DNA of 64,000 nucleotides from Octopus vulgaris (GCA_951406725.2 OX597824.1:22630001-22694000); one strand, 5' to 3'. Numbered from the stretch's first letter, positions 13,220 through 26,825 are shown. Numbers and translations: made by a program. The notes: generated by a model not told the origin, from the sequence alone.

Positions 13220-13535
13220 TGTGATCACATGACTGACCAGGCTATCAGATGTTACACATCGCTGGCCACAATGCGCTTTGCATTGTTTTAGACTTCAAAT
13301 GGCGCCACCCCGCAGGCTAAGCGAGCAAGCCAACAGAAGAAAGAGTGAAAGAAAGTTGTGGCGAAAGAGTACAGCAGGGATCGCCACCACCACCACCACC
13401 ACCCGCTGCCAGAACCTCGCGGAGCTTTAGGTGTTTTCGCTCAATAAACACTCACAACGCCCGGTCTGGGAATCGAAACCGCAATCCTACGACCGCGAGT
13501 CCGCTGCCCTAACCACTGGGCCATTGCGCTTCCAA
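13218..13535 (-). mobile_element. tRNA-derived SINE group C, tail type 1
   Basis: Head GCGCAATGGCCCAGTGGTTAGGGCAGCGGACTCGCGGTCG..GGTTTCGATTCCC with A/B boxes; flanked by (TA)n; tail shared with 49940-50105. Confidence 0.85.
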
Positions 13536-13759
13536 CTATATATATATATATTTATATATATGCATACTTGAAGCCGATCTTGTGCATGTGGGTATGTGTG
13601 TGTGTATATATATATGTGTGTGTGTATGTGTGCTTGTACATGTTTATATATATGGGAGACTGTGTTTGTGTACATAGCTATGACCTCTATTTTGTTGCTG
13701 AGTTGCGTAATTTTATGATGTATTTTGGCCTACTTTCCAGGTTGTAAATAAAGGATACA

Positions 13760-14275
13760 CTATCATCATCATCATCATCATCGTCATAAGTACTATAATC
13801 ACAACCACTTGCATCGCCATTACCATCATCATCATCATCATCATCACTACCACCACCACAACCAATCGTAATCGTTGCTAACCACCCCGACCACAGCCAC
13901 CATCACCACAATCATCATCATTAATACTATTATCAAGATCACCACCACCGCCACCACCACCATCACCACCACTGCCACCATCATTCGTTAACAACTACTA
14001 CAACCACCACCATCAACATAACCACAGCCACCACTACCGCCACCACCGTTAGTTAACAACTACTACAACCATCACCATCATCATAACCACAGCCACAACC
14101 ACCACTACCACTACCACCAGCACCACCATCATCATCATAACCACAGCCACAACCACCACTACCACCACCACCACTGCCGCCGCCGCCACCACCACCACCA
14201 TCGTTAGTTAACTACTACAACCACCACCATCATCATAACCACGGCCACCACCACCACCACTACCACCACCATCAT
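13760..14275. repeat. (CAC/CAT)n low-complexity tract
   Basis: Visible simple repeat. Confidence 0.9.
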
Positions 14276-15059
14276 CTAGACAACCTAGACTGTGTTTACG
14301 AGGCAGATAGGTCTTCTGTGGTACTACAGCACCATATTACTATATAGGTATAGTGTCGGATTTCAGTAGTTAAACTGTTCAGACAGACACTGCTGCTGCT
14401 ACTACTACTACTACTGCTACTACTATTGCTGTTGCTGCTGCTGTTGCAGTTATTGGTTTGAAACATTTCCAAGACGGCGCCAACAGCGTTTAGGAAGCCT
14501 ATAGTCAATTTAATCAGGCTTAGCATTTGATGAGAGAAGAGACCATATACATGTAAGCTAAACGAGTGATAATAATGATAACAGGAATGATGACGACAAT
14601 GCTCTTGGTGATAATGATGATGACGATGATGATGATGATGACAGTGCTGATGGTGGTGGTGGTGGTGATGCTGATGGTGATGTTAATGATGGTGAAGGTG
14701 AGAATAAACTGACCAATGATATGGTGGCAACGATGATGATGAGGCGGAGGAGGAGGAGGAAATTTTCCGGGGCAGGCAGGTGCTAAACGAGTACATTGAC
14801 CCTGGTGTTCAGCTGGTATTTCTTTAAGCGACCCCGAAAGCATGAAAAGCAAATTCGGTATCAATGGAATTTGAACACAGAATGCACAGATGGAAAAACT
14901 GCCACTAATTGTTTTGTCTGGCATGCAAACAATTCCAGTAGCTTTGCAGAGAGAATAAATACCAGACTTTAAATGAAATAAGCATCGGGGTCGAATCGTT
15001 GAACTACAGCCTTCCAAAACTGTGCCGTAGCATGACCACAGTCCTAGCACTAAAACAAA

Positions 15060-15446
15060 TCTCTCTATATATATAAAGCTGAAGTTGTCTGTGTATGGCA
15101 GGTTTGGTAGCCTTCAACTAACACTATCTCCTCCGAGACCCTGCGGCGCAAGTTTACCAAAATTGAGAGTATGATAGAAGAAGGCTTGCTCTTCCTTCCA
15201 TAGAAGAAAAAATTCAAATCGGACCGTGTTAACACCAAAAATTATTTACAACAAAAAGGTGCTTTTTTTCTATGAAAATCCCTATTTTTTACGATTTTTT
15301 TTACTGCAGTGTCACCATTTTTTGGTGTATTTGAACCTGAAAAATGCTCACTTAAAGAGAATAACAAGCTACATAATTTTCAAAAATTCCAATTCTAAAG
15401 GGTCGTAAACAAAACAAGCCTGAGCAACGCCGGGCGATACTGCTAG
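15060..15446 (+). mobile_element. Non-autonomous Helitron
   Basis: A|TCTCTCTATATATATAAAG start; subterminal CCTGAGCAACGCCGGG hairpin; CTAG|T end; no TSD. Confidence 0.85.
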
Positions 15447-16928
15447 TAAATGATAAAAATATAGAAGATTCAAGTGTAACCTTACTGTGCGTAATGACAA
15501 ATGTGTTTATCTTAATTAAATGAATTGAAAACAATTATGAAGGAAAGTGAAAATATATTCGGTTTGTTAATGGTCATTGCAAATGCCAGAATAATAACAG
15601 GAAATTGATATCTGCTTTAAAGAGAAAATTGCTATTTTGTCTGATAAATTTAACCTTGGGATACCATCACTGGTTTCTTACTACTAGTCTGTAGTAAATT
15701 TATATTCAAAGTTGCCTATGATACATATATATACATGCATTTATAAGCAGTATCTGTTTTTTCTCACTCTCTCTCTCTTTCTCTCTCTGAAAGGTACCCA
15801 TGCCAGTTACATGTAAAAGACACCTGTGCCAGTGACATACAGGCGGCACCTGGGCTGATTACACATAAAAGCTACCTGTGGCAGTGGAGTGGCTGTGTGG
15901 TAAGTAACTTGCTAACCAACCACATGGTTCCGACAGAAATTTCTAAAAAATTCCATTATTACCATACCGGACCGATTTCAGGGTTAGTTCGTAAGAACCC
16001 TCCCTCTGTCAGTGATAAACGTGGTAAAGAAATAAATGAGATACTTACTCATACCCATGGAAGAAGCAAAACACTAAGTCATGAGCACAACTAAGTACCC
16101 CAAATACATCCAAACTAGAAATACTCCAGCCCATTCAAGGCACGTGCGATTTGAACTGAGGCTCTCACAGAGTGTAAGAGTCCGGAAGTAAACACTTAAA
16201 TTTATATTTAATGTAGGATAAAAATTTTTTTCGAAAACCAAAAATTTTATCAATGGCCAGCATATTAAAAAATACCTTTAAAGGTTAAAATTATAAACAA
16301 CTTACATATATATATATATAAAACAAATGGTGAGTGATTATCAATCTGGGAAAAATAGTCTGTAAGCTCTGTTGGCACACCAAGCTAACAATATTCCTTA
16401 CATTAGTGAAGAACTCCAAGTAATCTTTTGCTAGGGTCCCAAGTTATGGGTCATCACAATTCTATATTGTAATCTGTGGATGGGCTCCAGATTAACTAGT
16501 GTTTACAGAGGGATATATAACAGGCAAGTTAAAAACAGTGGTCATAACATATAATTCCTTTATTGGAGCAAATTTGACTTATATATATATATATTCATAC
16601 ACATTCACAAGTATTCAGGGTCACTCAGAACGTAAACACATGCTGTAAATATAGATACATGCGTATATGAAGAGAGTGGCACCTGTCCCTCTGCCAGCCA
16701 GCACAGCTGTGCATTATGCAATAGAATGTGTAAATCTTTGGCCAGGCTCAAGAGTCGTACAAGAGCCTTACATTGCATCATCAATGACTCATTTCAACGA
16801 TTCTTTCTAACCATGGCTTTGCTCATGAATGAGGAAGCAGCTACTGCGAGTGTGTGTGTGTGTGTAAAGTATATACATACATACATACATACACAAACAT
16901 TCATACACAGGAAAATACAAAAATGCAA

Positions 16929-16978
<50 letters not shown>

Positions 16979-17166
16979 TTTATATATACACACACACACA
17001 CCTATTCAAGGTTGTATGCTACACATACATACACACACTCAGTCAATGCTATCTATACTCAAACACACATATATATTCACACATGTTTAGACATGCACAC
17101 AGTGTCTCAACTATAAGCACACATTAAATGTACATATGCACATAAACGCATAGTGACACATGCATA

Positions 17167-17202
<36 letters not shown>

Positions 17203-17274
17203 TATATATACACAAAACGTTAATGTTATATAAATGCACAGGCATGTGTGTGTGTGTGTGTGTGTGTAATTACG

Positions 17275-17580
17275 AAAGATTACAAAGCCAACAAGATAAC
17301 AGAAGTATGACTAATTGCAAGGACACATGAAACTCCAGATCAAACATAAAACAAAGACAAGAAAATGACAGATGAGGAAAAAATAATGAAAAGGGAACAG
17401 GAAGCTTCTGAGGCAAGAAATGCACACAGGCAATAAGCTGAAAGAAGATTCACTAATGCAAGGACACTTCAAACAAGGAAGGAAAATAAGAAGAAAATAT
17501 AAGACAAAGCTGCAGTAGCTGCTTGGAAAAAGGTTATCAGAAAAGATGCAAAGACTGTTTTAAAACATGAGTGATGAATA
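17275..17580 (+). mobile_element. Possible decayed Helitron N-terminal charged-repeat coding fragment
   Basis: Frameshifted translation ARTHETPDQT..KQRQENDR..KREQEASEARNAHRQ resembles STPR-like repeats. A-rich and weak. Confidence 0.25.
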
Positions 17581-17775
17581 TGAAGGAAGAATAAAGAATA
17601 GAAATTAACTACGATGGAAAAAAATGGATGCTAAATGTTCACAATGGTGTGTACAGATGTGGATAAGACAATGGGCAGTTGGTACGACAACCTATTCTTG
17701 TCTTCTGTAAACAGCATGTATGTGTCAATATGCTATCTTTAAGATAGTGTGTTAGCATCTTATGAATATTTTTTT

Positions 17776-18204
17776 TTCTACTCTAGGCACAAGGTCCAAA
17801 ATTTTTGGGGAGGGGTGGGGGCCAGTCGATTAGATCAACCGCAGTATGCAACTGGTACTTAATTTATCGACCCCGAAAGGATGAAAGGCAAAGCCGACCT
17901 CGACGGAATTTGAACTCAGAATGTAAAGACAGACAAAATACTGCTAAGCATTTCACCCAGCATGCTAATGTTTCTAATTTCTTTATTGCCCACAAGGAGC
18001 TAAACATAGAGGGGACAAACAAGGACAAAGGTATTAAGTCGATTACATCAACCCCAGTGCGTAACTGGTACTTAATTTATCGACCCCGAAAGGATGAAAG
18101 GCAAAGTCGATCTCAGTGGAATTTGAACTCAGAACATAACAGCAGACGAAATACCACTAAGCATTTCGCCTGGCATGCTAACGATTCTGCCAGCTCGCCG
18201 CCTT
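17776..18204 (-). mobile_element. SINE family B, two-unit copy
   Basis: Two cores; the first unit ends ..GGGCAATAAAGAAAT, the second ends in the CCTTGTGCCTAGAGTAGAAAA tail. Confidence 0.9.
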
Positions 18205-18890
18205 AATAATAATAATAATAATCCTTTCTATTATACGTACAAGGCCTGAAATTTGGAGAGAAGGAGCTCAGGAGGTACTTATTTCAGGATGAAAGTGGAA
18301 GTTAACTTTGGTGATATTTTGAACTCAGACCATGAAAACAGACAAAATGCAAAAACCTCACTTTATAAAATGCTACAATTTCCATAGAATTAGCAGGGAG
18401 CTAAGGAAGAAACACTTATTGACCTCCCCATGCATACTGTGCGATTGGCTCACTAAGTACCCAACCTGCAACTGAAATATCATCTCGACATCCTTACAGT
18501 AAACTACCGGCAGGATGTATGAAACCAAGCTCAGACTAACCCCAACTAGTCCCACCCCATCCTACTCTAGAAGCAAAGTAATATAAAATTGCAAAGTAAA
18601 ATAAAATTGAATTTGAGAACTTGAAATAAGTGGAGCTTGAAGTCTTTAAACCAGCATTATCCAGGGCTATAGACCTTATTGAAAGAAAATTAGACCTGTA
18701 ATTTATGGCTTTATTATTAACCCCATGACAATGATTTTTTTCATCAGGCAACTAGGTTGCACTGGCAGTAATCATCAGGCCCAGATCGTAAATTCAACGA
18801 AAGTGGCATAGCTTGGATTCAACTGTAAATTCTCTGTAAAGGACCAGAAGAATTTGCTGAATGTGTAGGAATTTGATAGGAAGTCATAGT

Positions 18891-19050
18891 GGTGTAGGAG
18901 TGGATGTGTGGTAAGTAGCTTGCTTATGAACTACATTGTTCCAGGTTCAGTCCCACTGCATAGCACCTTGGGCAGGTGTCTTCTACTTTAGCCTTGGGTC
19001 GACCAAAGCCTTGTGAGTAGATTTGGTAGACAGAAACTGAAAGAAGCCCG

Positions 19051-19088
<38 letters not shown>

Positions 19089-19394
19089 TCATCATCGTTT
19101 AACGTCCGTTCTCCATGCTAGCATGGGTTGGACGGTTCGACCGGGGATCTGGGAAGCCAGAAGGCTGCACCAGGCTCCAGTCTTATCTGGCAATGTTTCT
19201 ACAGCTGGATGCCCTTCCTAACGCCAACCACTCCGTGAGTGTAGTGAGTGCTTTTTACATGCCAGGCGGATTGGTGCATTTTACGTGCCACCTGCACGGA
19301 AGCCAGTCGGGGCGGCACTGGCTTTGGCCACGATTCGGATGGTGCTTTTTACGTGCCACTGACACCGAAGCCAGTCGAGGCGGCGCTATATGTG

Positions 19395-19425
<31 letters not shown>

Positions 19426-19497
19426 ATTTGTGTGTCTGTGTTTGTGCCCCCCAACATCGCTTGACAACTGATACTGGTGTGTTTACATCCCTGTTAT
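18891..19497 (+). mobile_element. SINE family A with an RTE 3' end (19086-19386, minus) inserted in its internal (TA)n
   Basis: SINE A head 18891-19052, (TA)n, family D segment, then SINE A resumes at the (TG)n..TGTGTTTGTGCCCCC. Confidence 0.9.
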
Positions 19498-19811
19498 CTC
19501 TTTCTCTCATCTTATATACATACACATAGATATATAAGCTAAACTGACCATCTGCATAGACGAAAAGGGCCAAATATTATATTAGTCAATTCAAATATAA
19601 CAAGGAATTCAAATAAACGAATAAAAAAAAAAAATTAAAAAAATGAATGTGAGGATGTGCACGAGAAATGTATTGGCTTGACTCTCGGTGAAAGGAGAGA
19701 GTTTGACATTTCAAGCACAAAGGAGAAAGGGAAAATTCCGAAGATGGAGAAGAAATCTCCAATGGCATACTTGTAGTTACATTGCGGAAGTGTATTTTTT
19801 ATTTATTTTTT

Positions 19812-20013
19812 TTTTACTTGTTTCAGTCATTTGACTGCGGCCATGCTGGAGCACTGCCCTTTAGTCGAGCAACTCGACCCCGGGACTTATTCTTTTTGTA
19901 AGCCCAGTACTTATTCTATCGGTCTCTTTTGCCGAACCACTAAGTTACGGGGGACACAAACACACCAGCATCGGTTGTCAAGCAATGCTAGGGGGACAAA
20001 CACAGACACATAA

Positions 20014-20044
<31 letters not shown>

Positions 20045-20216
20045 CACATATATGACGGGCTTCTTTCAGTTTCCGTCTACCAAATCCACTCACAAGGCTT
20101 TGGTCGGCCCGAGGCTATAGAAGAAGACACTTGCCCAAGGTGCCACGCAGTGGGACTGAACCTGGAACCATGTGGTTGGTAAGCAAGCTACTTACCACAC
20201 AGCCACTCCTGTGCCT
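19812..20216 (-). mobile_element. SINE family A, full length
   Basis: Reverse complement of the 52810 copy. Confidence 0.95.
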
Positions 20217-20780
20217 TATATATATATATATATAGGTTCTCTCATTTGTGGTGGGTGAGAGAATCCTATTAGGGTCTGGTGGCAAAACGAGTTTGAGAAG
20301 CACAGCTCTATTCTATAGGGTTCAGACCATTCTAAGATATCCTAGAACAAACTCCCCAGCTGCTGTTGCCATGTTTACGCTATTTTGTGACCTTATAGGT
20401 TACTGTACTAATTGGATAAACTAATTAGATCTTTCTCAATAATTAGGCAAAACGAATGGAAAAACATTGAATTAAACAGTTGGCCTAATTAGAGTTGTAT
20501 TAATGAAATGATATACTCCATTTACAAATACGCAAAACCACACACTCACGCACACACATACATATGCATGTAAAAAGACACAGGGTTACACACACACAAC
20601 ACACGCATGCAGAAATAAACCAACACAGGATCACATACATAACATATATATACATACATATAATATAAAGACCTGAGATGATAAGTGCGTTATACATTCA
20701 GTACAGACACGCATAACATTTTTACTCACATGCATGCATAAAACAACTTAACACATAAGTAGACAAGATGGGCATATAAA

Positions 20781-21116
20781 AGGAGCACTCCGTCGGTTAT
20801 AACGACGAGGGTCCCGGCTGATATGATCAACAGAACAGCTTGCTCGTGAAATTAAAGTGCACATGGCTGAGTACTCCACAGACACGTGTACCCCTAACGT
20901 AGTTCTCAGGGAGATTCAGTGTGAAACAGAGTGTGACAAGGCCGGCCCTTTGAAATACAGGTACTACTTCTTTTTTTTTTTTTTTTGCCAGATGAGTGGA
21001 CTGGAGCAACGTTAAATAAAGTGTCTTGCTCAAGGACACAACGCGTCGCCAGAAACTGAACTCACGACCTTACAATCGTGAGCCGAATTCCCTAACCACT
21101 AAGCCACGCGCCTTCA
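20781..21116 (-). mobile_element. tRNA SINE with CORE/Meta-like GTGTCCTTGAGCAAGACACT and tail type 2
   Basis: Head GGCGCGTGGCTTAGTGGTTAGGG; 3' ~180 bp matches 26443-26625. Confidence 0.85.
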
Positions 21117-21125
21117 CAAATGGAC

Positions 21126-21268
21126 ATCATCATCATCATCGTTTAACGTCTGCCTTCCATGCTAGCATGGGTTGGACGGTTCAACTGGGGTCTGGGAAGC
21201 CTGAAGGCTGCACCAAGCCCAGTCAGATCTTGCAGTGTTTCTACAGCTGGATGCCCTTCCTAACGCCA
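21126..21268 (-). mobile_element. RTE LINE 3' end (family D), short
   Basis: Matches 1852-1992. Confidence 0.9.
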
Positions 21269-21277
21269 AAGACATAT

Positions 21278-21330
<53 letters not shown>

Positions 21331-21821
21331 TATATATACACAAGCATGCTGCTGTGCATGTGCACAAATACGCGGCACTGAGCTACACAGATGCATGGAT
21401 ACATACTCATACACCTATCTGCATGAATTTGCACGCACCAAGTTATACACACGAACATGCATCAAATCACTCCTCGCAAACACATATAACTACACATACA
21501 CACATAAAGACACAACTGCACAGAAATACACATGAACAAACTTACATACACAGAATCGGCACATAAATATACAGGTACCAACTCACACGCAGATACACGC
21601 TCAGACACACATACACTCATATATCCATGAAACAATGATGGAGCTTCTATGTGGTTACTAAATCTGCTAGAAATAGCAACTAAATCTCCCACAAATCAAA
21701 TACTGGATCTTGTTAAATTTCCTCAAACCACTTTAAATATTTCAAATTTTTACCAGATTATATTCCAAAAAATGTAGTTTTGCATGCTGATAACAAAAAA
21801 CACGTTCGTTTTTTTCTAAAG

Positions 21822-23470
21822 ATCTCTATATACAAAACTGAGGATGTGTGTGTATGTGTGTAAACCTGCAGAACTTCTGAATTTCGCAACTGATTTTCTC
21901 CAAACTGGGAACATATATTACTTACATTCGAGAGATGGTTTTAGATTCTAAAACTTTTTCACATAATGAGTAATGGGGCCCCTGGGACAGAAAACCACCT
22001 TTCCTGGGTAAACAATACGAATGATCACATAACTTGTTTGCTTCATTGGTTCAAGAGACATTACCCTTGATGATGTACTTATGTTAATTTATCTCTCTCT
22101 CTAGATATATATATATATATCTAAAACTGAGGATGTGCGTGTGGGGGTGTATGTGTGCTAACCCACAGAACATCTGAAGTTTGCAACAGATTTTCTCCAA
22201 ACTGGGAACATACATTACTTAAGTTCCAGAGATGATTTTAGACTCTTAAAAATGTTCGCATTATGAGTAATGGGGCCCCTGGGGGCAGGAAACCCCCTTT
22301 CTTGGGGTACGTACAACTGCCTGCATGGTCTATGCATTACTTCTGTTCAAACTGGGAAAAAAACAGCAACTGAGATGCTATAAGTAGGTTATATTAAATG
22401 AATGAACTGATGTAGACTTCAAACTGTGTTGTCTAAGTGGCAGCAATAACAGCCTGTTCCTGTACTACTATAGGTAGCAATTTGCTGGAATAAAAAACCG
22501 TTTGGGATGCACTATGTTTATAATGAAAAATATATACTAACATATGTTAAATCCTGAACAACTGTTTTCTTTTAGTTTCAGTATCAAAGCCTTCCTTCTA
22601 AGCATACATGAAACCCATACAAGTATTCTTCGGCTATTGATTACAAATTGATTACAAATCACATGTACATTAACATACCAATTTATGGTGTCTAAGACCC
22701 AACCATGTTAAATAGAGGCCGTGTCCTTAATGTGACTTTACGTGCCCAGATGCTGCATGCAGAATTGGGATCTTTTCGGTTTGAACGGCAGTTTTTTCTA
22801 GCGGTGTCATATGAAATTGTCACCCATAATTATGACTGTAGTATCGATCTATTGCATTTCAATCTGTTTTAGGGTTGGCTAGTGGGGGAAGGGTATCTTT
22901 TTTTCTTCAGAAATGTAAATAAACCCAATCTATTTCTTAAACGAGGGTCATATTTATATGGCACAGAATGTTTTCAACTCAATAGACGTCATTGATTGGT
23001 TGAAATTGCAGAAATTGAAGAAAAAAAAAACAATAAATATCTTACAAACTATAGAATTTTCTCAATAAAGTCAAGAGAAAAATATGTTTTATAAACACAT
23101 TCTACCAGTATACGAAGTTTAAAAGTGTTTGGTTATGTGGAAATTATTTTAAAAAACTGCCAGTCAAACCGAAAAGATCCCAGAATTGTTTTCGTTTGAG
23201 ACCTGAGTTGTCCTCACAATGGTTGCACGTTGTTTACATGGAGTGCATGGCTGAGTTATGACTAATGATTCCCGACCACGTCAGTAACCCAACATCATGT
23301 GACCCAACCACGTTTTTTTAGAGACCATGTCCTTAATGTAATTTTGTGTACTCCGATGCTTCATGCAGAATTGTTTTCGTTTGGGAGCTGACTCGTCTTC
23401 ACAATGGTTGCATGCTGTTTACATGAAGAAGTTTACGGTTGAGCCATGGCTATTGATTCCAAACTGAAAT
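21822..23470 (+). mobile_element. Helitron-like relic with duplicated 5' end and internal ~190-bp repeat, hosting a MITE
   Basis: TCTCTATATA..AAAACTGAGGATGTG starts at 21822 and ~22094. Repeat units at ~22696 (MITE-interrupted) and ~23301. No 3' CTAG end found. Confidence 0.55.
22768..23180. mobile_element. MITE family E (Merlin-like), 8-bp TSD CAGAATTG
   Basis: TIR GGATCTTTTCGGTTTGA.CGGCAGTTTTT. Perfect TSD, with the empty site visible in the paralogous repeat at ~23366. Confidence 0.95.
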
Positions 23471-23682
23471 ATCGCATGACAGTGTTGTTTTCAAGCACTT
23501 CCTGGCCAATTACCCCCACTTACCATGTCATTTCTTTCATGTAGATTTCTCTCATGTGGTGCTGTTGAGTGTGCCTACAGGCTTAATTTACTACATAGAT
23601 GAAGCACCTATGTCTACTGATTGTTCAGCATGGTAGTAGCAGTACCAATAGCTGCAAAGGAGAATATATCCACCGCCTAACT

Positions 23683-23900
23683 TGTCAGTGCTGCCTGACT
23701 GGCCCCCGTGTCTGTGGCACGTAAAAAGCACCCACTACACTCTCAGAGTGGTTGGCGTTAGGAAGGGCATCCAGCTGTAGAAACTCTGCCAGATCAAGAT
23801 TGGAGCCTGGTGCAGCCATCTGGCTCACCAGCCCTCAGTCAAAATCGTCCAACCCATGCTAGAATGGAAAGCAGACGTTAAACGATGATGATGATGATGA
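23683..23900 (+). mobile_element. RTE LINE 3' end (family D)
   Basis: Matches 5090-5300; (TGA)n tail. Confidence 0.9.
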
Positions 23901-23937
23901 TTATGAGAGCTTTTTGGTGAATTCATAAATCCCATAC

Positions 23938-24106
23938 TTTGCACCCACTTTTCCATGACAAGGTTAGGGCCTGTAATCTTCCAAACAGACGCATGAGATC
24001 TCACTTCCTTTACTCCACAAATGCTTTGTTTCTTGGAGGAACACCCCACCCCATCGCATACACATACACTACCCAAAAGTATGCCTCCCACACCTGGTGG
24101 AGGAAC
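23938..24106 (-). other. Candidate second exon of a minus-strand gene
   Basis: Strong acceptor GTCCCCTTTTCAATTCTCACAG|G at 24107/24106. Possible donors are GTATGG (23937) or GTGAGA (~24004). Product not identifiable. Confidence 0.4.
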
Positions 24107-24360
24107 CTGTGAGAATTGAAAAGGGGACAAACGAATTGTCGTATGTATTAAGAAGTATGGTTTAAAACTTTTTTTAATTGTCCAACATGTCAAAGATATA
24201 ATTTTCAGAATGCAAAGTGAATTTTCTTTTCACGCTAATAGTAACAATAATGTGGAGAGGTGGGGGGGAATTTACACTAATATTTGCTGGGGAGGAAGTG
24301 GAGTGGAGTGGAGATGCTTGTCATTTTTTTCAGTTAGAAACACAGGAAAGAGCTCCTTAC

Positions 24361-24600
24361 ATCACAGAAAAGCTAAAAGCAAGTTTCGCGTGGTCAAAGA
24401 AAACGAAAGTGAAAATTCCGGCACTTTCGTTCTTCAGACTTAAAAGATTAAGTGGGGTTTAACAGAATCGACGCGAATGTCGAACTAATTTCGGGCCAAA
24501 AAGATATTTCGTTTTATGTTTTGCATTGATATCCAGCCAATGCCAGGTTCGCTTTTTACCCTCCCGTTGTCGTTAAAATAAAGAACCGGTCAAATAGGGG
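24361..24600 (-). promoter_or_regulatory. Candidate promoter / first exon of a minus-strand gene
   Basis: Donor GAT|GTAAGG at 24361/24360 and CCAAT box (CAGCCAATG ~24534). CpG-rich unique sequence at the edge of the CpG-decayed domain. Confidence 0.4.
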
Positions 24601-24651
24601 GAGATGAGTTAATGCAGAAAGGTAACGGTTAGGTGAAACAGCCAAGGGAGG

Positions 24652-25062
24652 GGATCTTTTCGGTTTGACCGGCAGTTTTTAAAAATAATTTCCACAAAAC
24701 TAAACACTTTTAAATTTCGTATACTGGTAGAATGTGTTACATAAAACATCTTTTTCTCTTGGCTTTATTGAGAAAATTCTATGGTTTGTAAGATATTTGT
24801 TGTTGATTTTCTTCAATTTCTGCAATTTCAACCAATCAATGACGTCTATTGAGGTGAAAACATCCTGTGCCGTATGAATATGTCCCTCGTTTAAGAAACA
24901 GATTGGGTTTATTTACATTTCTGAAGAAAAAAGATACCCTCTTCCCCACCCCTAACCCTAAAACAGATTGAAATGCAATAGATCGATACTAGGGTCATAA
25001 TTATGGGTGACAATTTCATATGACACCGCTAGAAAAAACTGCCGGTCAAAGCGAAAAGATCA
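24652..25062. mobile_element. MITE family E, 8-bp TSD AAGGGAGG
   Basis: Same TIRs; opposite orientation to the 22768 copy. Confidence 0.95.
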
Positions 25063-25845
25063 AAGGGAGGTACCAACAGAGAAAGGCTAAATGTCGGAGG
25101 GAAACTATTTTTACACTCAAACTATATCCTCTATGTCGTTCTATCGTCTCGTAAGTACTTACTGTATTAGAGCGGACTTCGATAAGGAAGTCTTATAAGA
25201 CCGAAGTATATTTTGGTCACAGATCAGGATCCATCCGCCACAGTAACTCGCTTTTAATTTTTATGTTTAAATTTTAGATTTCTCGTCTTTGCCTTTCCTG
25301 ACAAGAATTGTCAACACTGTAAAGAAATCGGTAGGTCTTGGAAGGCTGACAGTGACAAGATACAAAGATTTTACCATATTTTACATACTCGCCGTAATGT
25401 TTTATGGTTATTTTGGAGGGAGAAAATAAAAGCCGTGATCGTTATCTCTCTCCCTCGCTTTCATTTTTTTTTTCTCGGCTCACTTGCTGTTGGTAATTAA
25501 AATAAAAATATATTCCATATAAGTTGTAAATTGCATTCTGAACAAAGGCTTTCACAAGTAGTAATGCTGGCAATTAATTCTCTTATCAACGAAGTCAAGA
25601 GAAATGCAAACGCCACCAGATAAGAACTTCCGTTGGCAAACCAAAGTTTACAGCGGTCAGAAAATTTATCTAATGCTAAACAAGGCACTGGGTGTGCGTA
25701 TGTGGGCAGACCTTGAAACACTTTCACACATTTTGTAGCTATATTTAGATGCGAGTTCTTCCTTGCAACGAAAGAATGGCACTTATAGAAAGAAAAGCTA
25801 CATGTTACTCAGAACGAATGAAACAAGGGCTAACTAAAATGCCTA

Positions 25846-26269
25846 GGATCTTTTCGGTTTGACCGGCAGTTTTTTTTAAATAAAAACCACGTAACTAAAC
25901 ACTTTTAAACTTCGTATACTGGTAGAATGTGTTTATAAAACATCTTTTTCTCTTGACTTTATTGAGAAAATTCTATTGTTTGTAAGATATTTGTTGTTGT
26001 TTTTCTTCAATTTCTGCAATTTCAACCAATCAACGACGTCTATTGAGGTAAAAACCATTCTGTGCCGTATGAATATGTCCCTCGTTTAAGAAACAGATTA
26101 GGTTTATTTTACATTTGTGAAGAAAAAAAGATACCCTTCCCCCCACCACTAACTCTAACTAACCCTAAAACAGATTGAAATGCAATAGATCGATACTAGG
26201 GTCATAATTATGGGTGACAATTTCATATGACACCGCTAGAAAAAACTGCCGTTCAAACCGAAAAGATCC
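25846..26269. mobile_element. MITE family E (TSD imperfect)
   Basis: Same TIRs and body; flanks AATGCCTA and CAGACCTA. Confidence 0.95.
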
Positions 26270-26436
26270 CAGACCTATCTACCCATCAACAAACTGTAGT
26301 AGGACTCGCCTGTCGGGAGCCTTGACAAAAGAAAACAGTAGCTGTGACGGGATTTTGTCTAAAACCGGTTATTTAACCCTGTTCTGGCTAAGACTATTCC
26401 GTCTTTTAGGGGCAACTAAGATTACATTATACAATG

Positions 26437-26825
26437 TGGGGGAAGCACTCCGTCGGTTACGACGACGAGGGTTCCGGTTGATCCGAATCAACGGAACAGC
26501 CTGCTCGTGAAATTAACGTGTAAGTGGCCGAGCACTCCACAGACACGTGTACCCTTAACGTAGTTTTCAGGGATATTCAGCGTGACACAGAGAGTGACAA
26601 GGTCGGCCCTTTGAAATACAGGTACAACAGAAACAGGAAGTAAGAGTGAGAGAAAGTTGTGGTGAAAGAGTACAGCAGGGATCACCATCATCCCCTGCCA
26701 GAGCCTCGTGGAGCTTTTAGGAGTTTTCGCTCAATAAACACTCACAACGCCCGGTCTGGGAATCGAAACCGCGATCTTATGACCGCGAGTCCGCTGCCCT
26801 AACCACTGGGCCATTGCGCCTCCAC
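26437..26825 (-). mobile_element. tRNA SINE group C, tail type 2
   Basis: Head and body nearly identical to 13340-13535; tail shared with the 20781 element. Confidence 0.9.

Noticed and set aside
25497-25727. 76-aa ORF near the candidate promoter
   Set aside because: No recognisable homology or splice support.
26750-26825. tRNA gene (also 13460-13535, 21045-21116, 44300-44372)
   Set aside because: These are SINE heads: no proper acceptor stem or terminator, and they run directly into the SINE body.
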